DNA of 64,000 nucleotides from a virus (IMGVR_UViG_3300021431_000087:1-64000); one strand, 5' to 3'. Shown: positions 36,775 through 45,770, counted from the first letter of the stretch. Program-made: numbers and translations. Notes: generated by a model not told the origin, from the sequence alone.

Positions 36775-36993
36775 CTTAGAGAACTTTTTTAGAAGGTAAT
36801 AGACCTTCCGCTCGCTTATTCCGTACTTCTCCGACAAGACAGATACGGCATAGGTTATCTTTCCGCCGTGACCTATGATGCCCATAAAATCATCATAGAG
36901 ACAGATATACCTCACATCACCCACACTGATGCAATTTTCATGCAGTATGTTTAACACTAACTGGTCAATTTTTAACAATTCTATAACTTTCAT
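36751..36993 (-). CDS. Small HTH protein (Mor-like C-terminus), candidate cassette regulator
   Basis: 'LSEKYGISERKVYYLLKKF' HTH. Confidence 0.7.
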   Translation of the reverse strand: MKVIELLKIDQLVLNILHENCISVGDVRYICLYDDFMGIIGHGGKITYAVSVLSEKYGISERKVYYLLKKFSKDCNVCAV

Positions 36994-37029
36994 AAGACGT
37001 GTTTTAAGGTTTTATTTAACTTTGCATTG

Positions 37030-37130
37030 ACCTCAAAACAACTATGAAAGAGAGGTGTGAACCCCGTCATTGCAGCCTTGCGCTCTAATAAATCGGTGGT
37101 GCCTTTTATTAAAGACGGGGTTCCCTTTTA
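37030..37130 (+). ncRNA. Candidate structured antisense small RNA
   Basis: Plus-strand TAACTTTG at 37017-37024; 10-bp stem GAACCCCGTC/GACGGGGTTC enclosing inner hairpins, then CCTTTTATT. Confidence 0.45.
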
Positions 37131-37838
37131 TTCCCAATCATGAGACCTTATCGCCTCCATTATCGCCTGTCTGTTATCACCGTCCACCTTCTTCCTGTCC
37201 CTTGATATGTGAATCTTCTTCCTCTCCTCATCCGTCACATACAAGGAGTTGACACGGTCTGCGAGAAGAAGCCTTAGCGATGTGTAGTCTATTTCCCATA
37301 CGACCTGTCTCTTCGTCATCTTGTACCGTTCCATAGCAACGTCAAGCAGCGAACCGAAGACAGAGACTCCGCCGAAGGTGTAGCTGTTCTTGTCCGAGGC
37401 GGATTTCACCTTAGCCACCTTCTGCATATCTTTCTGCTCGATGTCAATACCGAGGTGAGTGATAAAGCGTTCCGTCCTGTCCGATGACAACGCCTTCATG
37501 ACGAGCATCGCTATCTCACTGTCTTCCTGTTCCATGAACACTGTTTTTCTCCTGTCAAAAGCGTCATAGTCGAAGACGGAGTAATAGTCGTTCCTTGCCG
37601 TAAGGTAGGCGAGAAGGTCGCAGCAGGCAGGCTTGTTCTTCTCCACGACACGCAGCATTTCAAGCATGGCGTTCTTCTCGAGGTTCTTCTTTTCCAATCC
37701 CAACGACTCGGATATCCTCTGCATGAGATGAATCTTTCCGAGTGTCAAGGGATAGAGGTAGAACGTCTCGCCATCGATTCTGAACACATGGGGACGTTCA
37801 AGAATGGCATCCTGTATTTCGTAGTCCAACTCTTCCAT
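37128..37838 (-). CDS. Tail assembly chaperone
   Basis: 'FYLYPLTLGK', 'TFGGVSVFGSLLD...WEIDYTSLRLLLAD'; downstream of the tail tube gene. Confidence 0.7.
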   Translation of the reverse strand: MEELDYEIQDAILERPHVFRIDGETFYLYPLTLGKIHLMQRISESLGLEKKNLEKNAMLEMLRVVEKNKPACCDLLAYLTARNDYYSVFDYDAFDRRKTVFMEQEDSEIAMLVMKALSSDRTERFITHLGIDIEQKDMQKVAKVKSASDKNSYTFGGVSVFGSLLDVAMERYKMTKRQVVWEIDYTSLRLLLADRVNSLYVTDEERKKIHISRDRKKVDGDNRQAIMEAIRSHDWE

Positions 37839-37842
37839 GCCT

Positions 37843-38529
37843 TCATTTCCACAATTCCTTGTGCTCCATTATCCAGTCGAAAAGGTCTATGTTGAGGAAC
37901 TCATGGCTGCCATGGCTGAAATGCTCAATGTATTCATCCACCTTGAACTCCTTATAAGGAAGTCCTTTGTCGAGTGTGTCTCTCATAAACCACGCCCCCG
38001 TGTCATAAAGGTTGTTGGGTTTCTTCGTCGAGAGATTCCACATCCATTCACCGTTAAAGTAACGTACTCCGTGCCTTTTGCACATTGGCACGTTGATATA
38101 GCAGAGGAACGGCAGGAGGCGAGTGACGTAAGCACCTTTCGGGCCGTCATCCTTCATCTCTCCGGACCACACGCAACTCTCGTCCCATATCCACGTGAAA
38201 TCCTTCTTTATCAAGATGTCGGAATCCATAAGGATAAAGCCGTCAGTCAGTATGTCGAAACAGGCATCGACGCTTTTTGTGTGCATGGCGCTCCCAAAGG
38301 AGGAAAAAAGACCTGCCTTACGTTCGGGGTACTGTCTCAGCAGAGCATCGAAATCAAACACCTGCCCCCTTGTATTGTCTATTACCTCCACACCTTCAAT
38401 TTTTTTTGTAAACGGCTCCTCATCGGAATTGTCAAAGACATAAAAGGGACAGTCCGTATATTTCCTCACGCTGCGGACAAGTACATCGACAAGAATAGGG
38501 GTGTTGTAATGGACGGTTAGTATATTCAT
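37843..38529 (-). CDS. GT-A fold (family 2-like) glycosyltransferase
   Basis: 'ILTVHYNT', 'YVFDNSD', DxD motif 'ILMDSDI', 'YDTGA', C-terminal 'EHFSHGS'. Confidence 0.75.
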   Translation of the reverse strand: MNILTVHYNTPILVDVLVRSVRKYTDCPFYVFDNSDEEPFTKKIEGVEVIDNTRGQVFDFDALLRQYPERKAGLFSSFGSAMHTKSVDACFDILTDGFILMDSDILIKKDFTWIWDESCVWSGEMKDDGPKGAYVTRLLPFLCYINVPMCKRHGVRYFNGEWMWNLSTKKPNNLYDTGAWFMRDTLDKGLPYKEFKVDEYIEHFSHGSHEFLNIDLFDWIMEHKELWK

Positions 38530-38568
38530 ATAATTAATTTTCTAAGATTATTATTCTTACTTCAAAGG

Positions 38569-38599
38569 AAAGAGCCCCCTTCTGTCGGAGAGGGCTCTT
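38569..38599 (-). terminator. Intrinsic terminator after the tail tube gene
   Basis: AAGAGCCC...GGGCTCTT stem followed by TCCTTT on the minus strand. Confidence 0.65.
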
Positions 38600-38617
38600 G
38601 TAGGATATGGCGTTGCT

Positions 38618-39079
38618 TTAAACGCTTGCATTGACAGATGCGGAACCAGTCCACAGTATCTGCTTTCCTGTCTCTGGTTTCAGCGACTCGAACTGATAGG
38701 TACGGATGATACCATTGTCGGAAGAGTAGCTGTCCTCATAGGAACACACAGACTTTGGAATCTTGAAACCAGGTGCCCCTGAAGAGAAATCCTCTGGCTC
38801 GAGCTCCACCTCCCATTCGCCAGAGACGACACCGTCTACTCCGTCAATCTCCCATTTGTTATGGCTGTCACCCAAACGGACTTGGAACTCTAATGTATAC
38901 TTGCCGCGCTTGTACTTCACGGCCTCTGCCTCGCCACCCTCGATGGTAGCCTCCATCTTCTCGCCCTTTTCCGTGGAGAGCTGCGTTGAGTCCTCTACGG
39001 GAGTATGGAAAGTGATGACTTGGCTTCCTGTAGCAAGATTCTTCACTTTAATGGTTGGAATACCCCAAGATATAATCAT
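38618..39079 (-). CDS. Major tail tube protein
   Basis: 'ISWGIPTI', 'TPVEDSTQLSTEKGEKMEATIEGGE'; position after the neck genes. Confidence 0.8.
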   Translation of the reverse strand: MIISWGIPTIKVKNLATGSQVITFHTPVEDSTQLSTEKGEKMEATIEGGEAEAVKYKRGKYTLEFQVRLGDSHNKWEIDGVDGVVSGEWEVELEPEDFSSGAPGFKIPKSVCSYEDSYSSDNGIIRTYQFESLKPETGKQILWTGSASVNASV

Positions 39080-39092
39080 AGTCGTTTTTTCT

Positions 39093-39506
39093 TTAATAGT
39101 TGTTTTCTATAACTTTAAATTTCATCTTCAATGATACGAAGTGTTCATGAGTACTCTCCTCCCTTAACGTAACTGGCAATCCTTCACGCTGAAAGTAGAC
39201 GTATCCGTCCCTCAAATACTGCGGTAAGTCTTTCAGCCACGCCTCGAGCTCGTCCGTGCGGCGTTTGTTCCGCAGATAGAGCCCGCTTGCGGTCAGAGTG
39301 TCAGGGACGTAGATGTTAACCACACACGTTCCCTTGACATGTTCATTCCCAGCGCCCGTCAGAACCATTACCTCGCAATCCTCGAGGAAAGCGTCGTTGT
39401 CGTTCTGCCGCGGACGCATATCCTTAAAGTACACGCCGCCAGATATCGGAGGCTGAGCCTCCATGACACGTGTCCTCATAAGGACTTCCAACTCTCCGTT
39501 CGTCAT
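39093..39506 (-). CDS. Tail terminator/completion protein
   Basis: 'ISGGVY...RP', 'VNIYVPD', 'HFVSLK'; synteny. Confidence 0.7.
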   Translation of the reverse strand: MTNGELEVLMRTRVMEAQPPISGGVYFKDMRPRQNDNDAFLEDCEVMVLTGAGNEHVKGTCVVNIYVPDTLTASGLYLRNKRRTDELEAWLKDLPQYLRDGYVYFQREGLPVTLREESTHEHFVSLKMKFKVIENNY

Positions 39507-39919
39507 TGAATCTTCTGCTTTTCAAGATAATCTTTGATATCCTTTCCTATATCAAGCGTCCCACCGTCAAGAACGACATACCCCTTACGTTCGACATAGA
39601 GCGCATATTCCATGCCTGCCACTATAATCAGTCCGTACGGTACTCCGCTGACGAGCGAGTGCAGATACGTTCTGCCTTTCTCTCCGCCTTCCCCGTTTCC
39701 GAAGCCTCCCTCTTCAATCAACTGACCATTCCATACTACTCCATACCCGATGGATGATGTCAGCTTAAACGTCACGTCCTTGTATGTCTTGGTCTGTTTG
39801 ATTTTTTCTACGGCAAGTGCCCCCGCCCTCTTGAATGCGGATATCATTAACTTCTCCGCCTCCATTTTCACGTTGGCTACAACCTTGTCGATGTCTGTCA
39901 AGCACCTTATCATACCCAC
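39503..39919 (-). CDS. HK97 gp10-like neck protein
   Basis: 'YKDVTFKLTSSIGY', 'VAGMEYALYVE'. Confidence 0.75.
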   Translation of the reverse strand: MGMIRCLTDIDKVVANVKMEAEKLMISAFKRAGALAVEKIKQTKTYKDVTFKLTSSIGYGVVWNGQLIEEGGFGNGEGGEKGRTYLHSLVSGVPYGLIIVAGMEYALYVERKGYVVLDGGTLDIGKDIKDYLEKQKIQ

Positions 39920-40242
39920 AGCTCAATGGTCTGAGTTATCGTGTAGTATTCAATTCGTTGCACTTGAAACATTCCAAGGTCACCCTTTATATCATGCACA
40001 AGATGAACCGTGTGCGGGCTGAAACCCTCCCCTGCGTCCTCCATATTACATGTCACGGTATAGGTTGCCAGCTTTACTGCCCCTCCGTCATAGGTGGCGT
40101 TCCTTTTCTCCGATGCCGTCGTTATGGTGCATCGGCACTCCATGGAACTGCTTGTGTCTGCGGCTACTGGCATTCCGTACTCGTCAAGGTCTGCCGTAAC
40201 ACTGCCGAACCACCTAAGTATGCCGTTGGGGAATATCTGCAT
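39910..40242 (-). CDS. Head closure protein
   Basis: 110-aa beta-rich ORF between connector and neck genes. Confidence 0.65.
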   Translation of the reverse strand: MQIFPNGILRWFGSVTADLDEYGMPVAADTSSSMECRCTITTASEKRNATYDGGAVKLATYTVTCNMEDAGEGFSPHTVHLVHDIKGDLGMFQVQRIEYYTITQTIELWV

Positions 40243-40245
40243 GGC

Positions 40246-40560
40246 TTAACTCATTATATACACCGTCGGATTTGCCGTATCTCCGATGAGCGTCTCACCA
40301 TACTTCTTGTAGATAGCGTTAGCCGTCTCACGTATCCCAGCCATGTTCTGTGCCGTTATCGAGCCACCTTGCGAGAGGTTGACCATGGTGATAACGAATC
40401 GCAGCGTATCGGCATAGGCAAGCTGAAACGCCTGCTCCGATGCAACGGATGCGTCAAAAGCGTCGGCGGGGTTTAACCCCCTACCGACAATCTTTTCCAT
40501 TGCTTGTACGTCTGTCATGGGGTAGTTGACGCGAGCCTTTATTGCTTCAAGTATAGTCAT
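40246..40560 (-). CDS. Head-tail connector (DUF6706-like)
   Basis: 'MTILEAIKA..NYP', 'ANAIYKKYGE'; follows the capsid gene. Confidence 0.7.
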   Translation of the reverse strand: MTILEAIKARVNYPMTDVQAMEKIVGRGLNPADAFDASVASEQAFQLAYADTLRFVITMVNLSQGGSITAQNMAGIRETANAIYKKYGETLIGDTANPTVYIMS

Positions 40561-40626
40561 TTAGCTCCTTTATTTATTCGTGGTTAGGAATCGCTTCATG
40601 TCGTCCTTGATGATGTCTCGCTTGAA

Positions 40627-41937
40627 TTAACCGTTAGTCACGGGTGTCAAGGCAGCCTGCAGCTTCTCTACCTGCTCAACGCTGAGCTTGTTCACGGCCT
40701 TAATGATGTTGACGTCGGTAGTACCTTCCTTCAAGGTTCTCGGAGTCTTCTCACCTTCGAGTGCGTTGTAGGCGGTAATGAAAGCAGCCTTGTTGTACTT
40801 GTTTCCCCAGACGGTTACGAAGGTATCATTGGTGTCTGCTGCCTCCGCAGTTTGGTCAACCTCCTGCCCCTGACTGATGTCAAGCACGTAAATCTGGTCG
40901 ATATTCTCGATGATAGGAGCAACAATGGCCTGACCCGTGGTTGTCTCACGCAGAGGATTGGTTTCACGGAAGCGTGCAATAAGCTTGTAGTTGTCAACAA
41001 GCTGATAAAGCACGTTCTCAACGGGATTTGTGGTCTCTGCAAGACGACCGTAGACAAGCGTGCCAACAATATCGTCCTCTACGAAGATAATACGGTTGTC
41101 GTTCCAAGGCTTCACGTTCTTGCGAATGCCATTCTCCTCGATGATGACAGAACGGTTAACCTTAACGAAGCTTACACCATTTGTCTCGTCGGAGAACGCT
41201 TCATCAAACAGCGTAGGAGTCGGAACAGGCAATGTGATACCATTGCCGACAATACGACGCTCGTAATTTGCGGCCAACTCTCGAGCAGCTTCGGAATGAC
41301 GCAACTCATCGTACGTTTGCTTAGAAATCCAAATGTAACGGATGGTTGTACCATTTTCCTCTGCTTTCTCGATTACGTTCAAGATATCCTCAAGTTCGGG
41401 AGATCCTGGATTCGAAGATGAGAATGTATTCTTGTCGAGGTAGTTAAAGTTGATACGCATGAGCGCGTTGGGATTGTCATCATCCTTAATGGCTACGTAA
41501 CCGTTTGAGAATCCAGACAGGAAGTTGTACTCATTACGCTCGTCGAGACCCTGTGCGCATGCCACGGGGTCATTGGCAAGCTTACGGGAGATGAGCTGCG
41601 CATTGCCGCCCTGTGCCTCCATTGTGTTCAGAGTATTGATGTCAGACTCGCGAAGAACGCGGCTGATACCAATCTTCGGAAGCTTGCCGTTGGCGGTCTG
41701 GATAGTGTCGCGCTGCTTGATAGGAAGTGCGCTGTCCATTGAAACAAAGTCAGCAGCCACGTAGGTGGTGTCACTGATTGTGCTTTCCCACTTGTTGTCG
41801 GGGCTGTACTCTTCATTCAAATGCTGCTTGTGCAGATATGTAAGAGAGTTTCCACGCTTTTTGTTTACCGTCTCAATGAGACGCTGGAGTCTCGGAAAGA
41901 AACGCTCCAAATACTTATAAAAAAGTGACTGTAACAT
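40627..41937 (-). CDS. Major capsid protein
   Basis: 436 aa; 'VAADFVSMDSALPIKQRD...GKLPKIG', 'PWNDNRIIF', 'TNPLRETTTGQA..PII'; follows scaffold and decoration genes. Confidence 0.85.
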   Translation of the reverse strand: MLQSLFYKYLERFFPRLQRLIETVNKKRGNSLTYLHKQHLNEEYSPDNKWESTISDTTYVAADFVSMDSALPIKQRDTIQTANGKLPKIGISRVLRESDINTLNTMEAQGGNAQLISRKLANDPVACAQGLDERNEYNFLSGFSNGYVAIKDDDNPNALMRINFNYLDKNTFSSSNPGSPELEDILNVIEKAEENGTTIRYIWISKQTYDELRHSEAARELAANYERRIVGNGITLPVPTPTLFDEAFSDETNGVSFVKVNRSVIIEENGIRKNVKPWNDNRIIFVEDDIVGTLVYGRLAETTNPVENVLYQLVDNYKLIARFRETNPLRETTTGQAIVAPIIENIDQIYVLDISQGQEVDQTAEAADTNDTFVTVWGNKYNKAAFITAYNALEGEKTPRTLKEGTTDVNIIKAVNKLSVEQVEKLQAALTPVTNG

Positions 41938-41988
41938 TTTCTATTTTTCTTGTTATCCGTTAAACAATCTTTTTACCTTTTTTCGGGC

Positions 41989-42375
41989 TTATACGTCATG
42001 CTCCCAGCGAATAGTCGGGACAGCGGCCTTGAAAGCGGTCTTGATAGCCGCTGTGAGAGGGAATTTGAGTGCCTTTTCGTTCACCTCACCGATGGTCAGA
42101 ACTGATACGAACGGCTCTGCGGTCGGTTTGGTACGAATAACGACACCACAATACTCATAGCCTTCCGGCAGTGTGCCAAGAGCACCATTTGCCACGGGGA
42201 ACGGCTTAAAAGTCAGACCTGTTGCCACGTCACGGATAACAGGATGACCTGCATAGACGAACTCTTCGGTGTAACCAGTGACATCGAGAACGACTCCACC
42301 TTTGATGTCGTCAAGTTCCTTACGGATGACGATAGGGTCATTTCCGAAGGTAAACTCTGTGTTTGTGTTTGCCAT
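41989..42375 (-). CDS. Head decoration protein
   Basis: 128 aa between scaffold and capsid; 'IKGGVVLDVTG', 'GEVNEKAL'. Confidence 0.7.
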   Translation of the reverse strand: MANTNTEFTFGNDPIVIRKELDDIKGGVVLDVTGYTEEFVYAGHPVIRDVATGLTFKPFPVANGALGTLPEGYEYCGVVIRTKPTAEPFVSVLTIGEVNEKALKFPLTAAIKTAFKAAVPTIRWEHDV

Positions 42376-42392
42376 TTTCTTTTGTTTTAGTT

Positions 42393-43244
42393 TTACATAA
42401 TTGCTGCAAGAGCCTCTATCTCTGCATCTGACATCGGCTCTTTCTTGGTTTCTTGATTAGCTCCGCCAGTTCCTGGCACGCTAAACGTATCAAGTCCCTT
42501 GTCGGCACGCTCTTGATTGAACGCCTTTATATCCTCCTGGATGCCACCGAGAAACTCCTCAAAGTCCTCGTCGGAATCAAACGACATTCTGGCATAGTTC
42601 TTCTTTATGCGCTCTCCATACACACCTGCATCCTTTAAGAGTTCCTCGAGACGGTTCTCTCTGGTCGCCTTCAGACGGTCTGCCTTCATGGTATTGAACT
42701 CATTACGGAAAGCATTAAACTCTTCAAGCTGTTTCTTGAACTCCTCCTGCTGTTTCTTGTAAGCATTTGTCTGTTCCTTCAGCTGCTTGGCGAGGTTCTC
42801 GTTTTCCGCTTTCAAGCCCTTTGCCCAATCGGAATCAAGGAGTCTTTGGAATCCAGCCTCTTCTGCCGCCTTACGTGCTGCCTCCTCGGCTTTCTTGGCT
42901 GCTGCCTCCTCTTCGGCTTTACGCTTTGCCTCTGCTTCCTCGGCGGCTTTCTTCGCTGCCTCTTCTTCAGCCTTGCGTTTTGCCTCGGCCTCGGCCTTTT
43001 CACGCTCCTCCTTGTTCTTGGTGATGATACGGTTAGCATTCTTCTGACTCAGCTCAAGTATCGGCATATAGACCGCCACCGCCTTTTCTGCGGCTGCGTT
43101 CATCACCTCATCCGTCGCATCGTCATCTACTCCAAGGTTGTCTGCAATCGTCTTTGCAGCACCCTCCAATTCCTCTCTGTTGAAACCCAGGGACGAAGCC
43201 TTGGTCTTCAACAGTTCCAGTACCAACTTGGTTTTCTTGTTCAT
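42393..43244 (-). CDS. Capsid scaffolding protein
   Basis: Likely start ATG 43244; 'LGFNREELEG', A/E/K repeats (EAEAKRKAEEEAA x2), 'FDSDEDFEEF'. Confidence 0.8.
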   Translation of the reverse strand: MNKKTKLVLELLKTKASSLGFNREELEGAAKTIADNLGVDDDATDEVMNAAAEKAVAVYMPILELSQKNANRIITKNKEEREKAEAEAKRKAEEEAAKKAAEEAEAKRKAEEEAAAKKAEEAARKAAEEAGFQRLLDSDWAKGLKAENENLAKQLKEQTNAYKKQQEEFKKQLEEFNAFRNEFNTMKADRLKATRENRLEELLKDAGVYGERIKKNYARMSFDSDEDFEEFLGGIQEDIKAFNQERADKGLDTFSVPGTGGANQETKKEPMSDAEIEALAAIM

Positions 43245-43280
43245 AATTCTTATATTTGTTAAATTTTTGATAACTCGATG

Positions 43281-43314
43281 CAAATGTATCAAAAAAGTAT
43301 TTTGTTAACAAATA
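43281..43314 (-). promoter_or_regulatory. Head-operon promoter with 17-bp box
   Basis: TATTTTGTTAACAAATA at 43298-43314; minus strand TTTG-N20-TACATTTG; a second TACCTTTG element at about 43332-43339. Confidence 0.7.
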
Positions 43315-43343
43315 CATTAAAAAAAATGGTGCAAAGGTACGAA

Positions 43344-43375
43344 TAAAAAAAAAGGAGAGTCGTGAAACTCTCCTT
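43344..43375 (-). terminator. Intrinsic terminator
   Basis: AAGGAGAGT/ACTCTCCTT stem with a long T run on the minus strand. Confidence 0.7.
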
Positions 43376-43474
43376 AGAAACCCTTAGTTTTGCCGTTTGT
43401 TTCGGCTGTGTCGCCCTTATATACATCGGGCGGTATAGTTGAACGCCGTGCCCATGTTACGCGAACACGGCGGC

Positions 43475-43696
43475 TTATTTAATTTCTTCTATCAAATCAA
43501 AATGCGTAAAACCTTCTTGCGCTGTGCCGTCCTCGTTGTATGGCCACATTATGGCGTCTGCCATATTAGGATTAAGACTTTTACCCACCATACACTCATA
43601 GACGCTTCTTCTTGCAAAATCACGTCTTTTTACCAATATGGCAATACTGCCGTCACGGGTTTTGAACATATCCCCGAATTTCGCCGTTTTCAACAT
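43475..43696 (-). CDS. Hypothetical protein
   Basis: 73 aa; 'KTRDG' ... 'DLIEE' pattern. Confidence 0.65.
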   Translation of the reverse strand: MLKTAKFGDMFKTRDGSIAILVKRRDFARRSVYECMVGKSLNPNMADAIMWPYNEDGTAQEGFTHFDLIEEIK

Positions 43697-43702
43697 AACT
43701 TT

Positions 43703-43930
43703 TTATTCGATATAGATACTTTCTGCAATCACCTCTTGCCATCCATGCCACTCAAGACCTTCTATCGGCTCTGAGTATTTTTCATCAAAATCAAACTCTC
43801 CGTTATAAAACATTTCTCCGTATGAGCCGTTTGAAATGTACTCACTCTTAGCGTAGGCAAAGGTGGATGCTGCCACCAATGCCATGCCGTGATTATACTT
43901 GCCTTTCGGCTTTAACACATATACGTTCAT
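43703..43930 (-). CDS. Hypothetical protein
   Basis: 75 aa, operon packing. Confidence 0.6.
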   Translation of the reverse strand: MNVYVLKPKGKYNHGMALVAASTFAYAKSEYISNGSYGEMFYNGEFDFDEKYSEPIEGLEWHGWQEVIAESIYIE

Positions 43931-43942
43931 ATTGACATTATT

Positions 43943-44329
43943 TTACCCCATGTCTGTTTTTACCAACACAGTGCCTTTCACAAAACTTATAGAAAAGCGC
44001 ATAAGTTCGACACCATTGCTGCCACAATTAAAAGCGTGGTCATAATACACGTGCACCAAAAAAGAACAAGTGTCGCTTTGCTCATCATACCAGCAGCGAA
44101 TGCAAAGTCCTGCCTTTTTAAACATCTGCCGAAGTAAAGGCGTAGCAGTAAGCTGTCGTGTGGTGTCCTCATCCTCCTCTATACACACATACACTTCACC
44201 ATTTCTCCTTTCGCTTGTCGTAATAAAGGGCTTACCGTCAATACCAAGGTTCTCGCGCAGTATATTGGATATAGTGCCCATGTTGACGTTAAGTTTCTCT
44301 ATAAGATTGTTCGCTGTTTCTTTATTCAT
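43943..44329 (-). CDS. Hypothetical protein
   Basis: 128 aa, first gene after the promoter at about 44403. Confidence 0.65.
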   Translation of the reverse strand: MNKETANNLIEKLNVNMGTISNILRENLGIDGKPFITTSERRNGEVYVCIEEDEDTTRQLTATPLLRQMFKKAGLCIRCWYDEQSDTCSFLVHVYYDHAFNCGSNGVELMRFSISFVKGTVLVKTDMG

Positions 44330-44364
44330 ACTTTATTTACCTGTTTATATCCCGTCGGCTGCGG

Positions 44365-44454
44365 TTCTAAGGGTTGCCCTTTTGTAAGGGTAGTGCGAAG
44401 ATAAGCGCTTAACCAGAAACGTGCAAGTTATTTATCTTAGTTTAGCTGAAAATA
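44365..44454 (-). promoter_or_regulatory. Promoter plus conserved leader (copy 1)
   Basis: TATCTTCG -7 variant, hairpin TACCCTT/AAGGGCA, then ACCCTTAGAA; paralogous to 51071-51162. Confidence 0.55.
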
Positions 44455-44523
44455 GGCGACTTTAGCATATCCATGCCATCGCCGCCTAACATCAAGATAT
44501 ATTTAGTATGACAAAAGATTTCC

Positions 44524-45180
44524 TTAATCCATGTCTACAAAACTGCGCATCAGCTGGCCAAGCCTCTCGTCCTTCCTTTTCCAAAAAGCATCATACGTCC
44601 TCTCTCCAAGCAAGGGATTGTCCGATATTACCCTCACGGAGGTAAAGCCTACGCCCCTCTCCTCACAGACCTGCGCTATGGCTGCGCTTTCCATATCCAA
44701 GGCTATGGGGTAATGCTCGGGATACAGCGTCTGCATGATGGTAGATGCCATCAGCTCCGACTCCACGAAGGTATCGCCCGTCGCTATCAGCCCATGCCTC
44801 ATTCCATCCAAGAATCTCCATTCAGCATAGCATGACGGATATGTCTCTGGATGCCCCTGCACCTGCCCCACTGCATTAGGACTTCCGCAGTTTACATCAT
44901 AGTACATATACTCATCGCCAACGATGACTTCCCCGATATGAACGTCATGGCTCACACCTCCTGCGCAGCCGAAAGAAATGATGCGGTTGCAGTCGTATTC
45001 CTTCCACAGCCTGTATGCCGTCACGGCAGCATTCACCTTACCGATGCCGCTTATCATCGCCACATAGGGTATGTTCCGCCTCGTCCGCCCATTGGCGAAA
45101 GCCATGCCTACTTTCTCCGTTCCTACAAAGAGGGCATCCCACTCCTTCTGCATGGCAACAATTATCCCTACCTTCTTCAT
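44524..45180 (-). CDS. mtnN: 5'-methylthioadenosine/S-adenosylhomocysteine nucleosidase
   Basis: 'GIIVAMQKE', 'SGIGKVNAA', 'GLIATGDTF', 'DMESAAIAQVC', 'VRVISD'. Confidence 0.9.
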   Translation of the reverse strand: MKKVGIIVAMQKEWDALFVGTEKVGMAFANGRTRRNIPYVAMISGIGKVNAAVTAYRLWKEYDCNRIISFGCAGGVSHDVHIGEVIVGDEYMYYDVNCGSPNAVGQVQGHPETYPSCYAEWRFLDGMRHGLIATGDTFVESELMASTIMQTLYPEHYPIALDMESAAIAQVCEERGVGFTSVRVISDNPLLGERTYDAFWKRKDERLGQLMRSFVDMD

Positions 45181-45488
45181 TCCTTCTTCTTGACGATACG
45201 TTTCTTTTTCAGTTTCAGCCGTCTCACCCTGTTGTAGACACAGTTCTCATCCACCCCGAGACGGCGGCAGATATAGCCTGCAGGATATTGTTCCCAAAGC
45301 TCCCTCAAAAGCTCGTCCTCCTGCTTCGTCCACTTGTGGAATCCCGTCTTCAGCCCGAGAATACTCATATACCTCTGAATGGTATAGTAGCTCCTCCCGA
45401 GGGATGTGGCTATTTCCGAGATGGACATAGACTCCGCATTCTTCTTTATAAATCTTTCCTCTTCGTTTGTTATCGGTTTACTGAACAT
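45177..45488 (-). CDS. Tandem Myb/SANT-like HTH repeat protein
   Basis: Two repeats 'ITNEEERFIKKN...EIATSLGRS' / 'WTKQEDELLREL...ICRRLGV'. Confidence 0.7.
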   Translation of the reverse strand: MFSKPITNEEERFIKKNAESMSISEIATSLGRSYYTIQRYMSILGLKTGFHKWTKQEDELLRELWEQYPAGYICRRLGVDENCVYNRVRRLKLKKKRIVKKKE

Positions 45489-45756
45489 ATTTTTTTACTT
45501 TTAATTTCCGTGGCAATTTATGCCAATGAGTTACAACGCAGGTTTCATTAAGATATTCTTCCGGGCTTTCATTGTTCTCAATCCATAATTTCCTTGTGGC
45601 AGAATACTCCGCTACGGTCGGAATATAATAATAAGACAATCCCTTTTCATGGTATCCTATAAGTACCCAATCCCAATACTTCCGTGGCGGCATGTACTTG
45701 TTACACGGAATCCAAAAACCAAGCCTTGCGGCAATTTCCCAAAACAGGTTCTTCAT
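45478..45756 (-). CDS. DUF551-like phage protein
   Basis: 'WIPCNKYMP...VLI...VTHWHKLP'. Confidence 0.7.
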   Translation of the reverse strand: MKNLFWEIAARLGFWIPCNKYMPPRKYWDWVLIGYHEKGLSYYYIPTVAEYSATRKLWIENNESPEEYLNETCVVTHWHKLPRKLKVKKYVQ

Positions 45757-45770
45757 TATTCAAAAATAAA

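Noticed and set aside
37128-37838. Programmed -1 frameshift of the tail chaperone (G/GT type)
   Set aside because: It is a single 236-aa ORF with no overlapping downstream frame to shift into.
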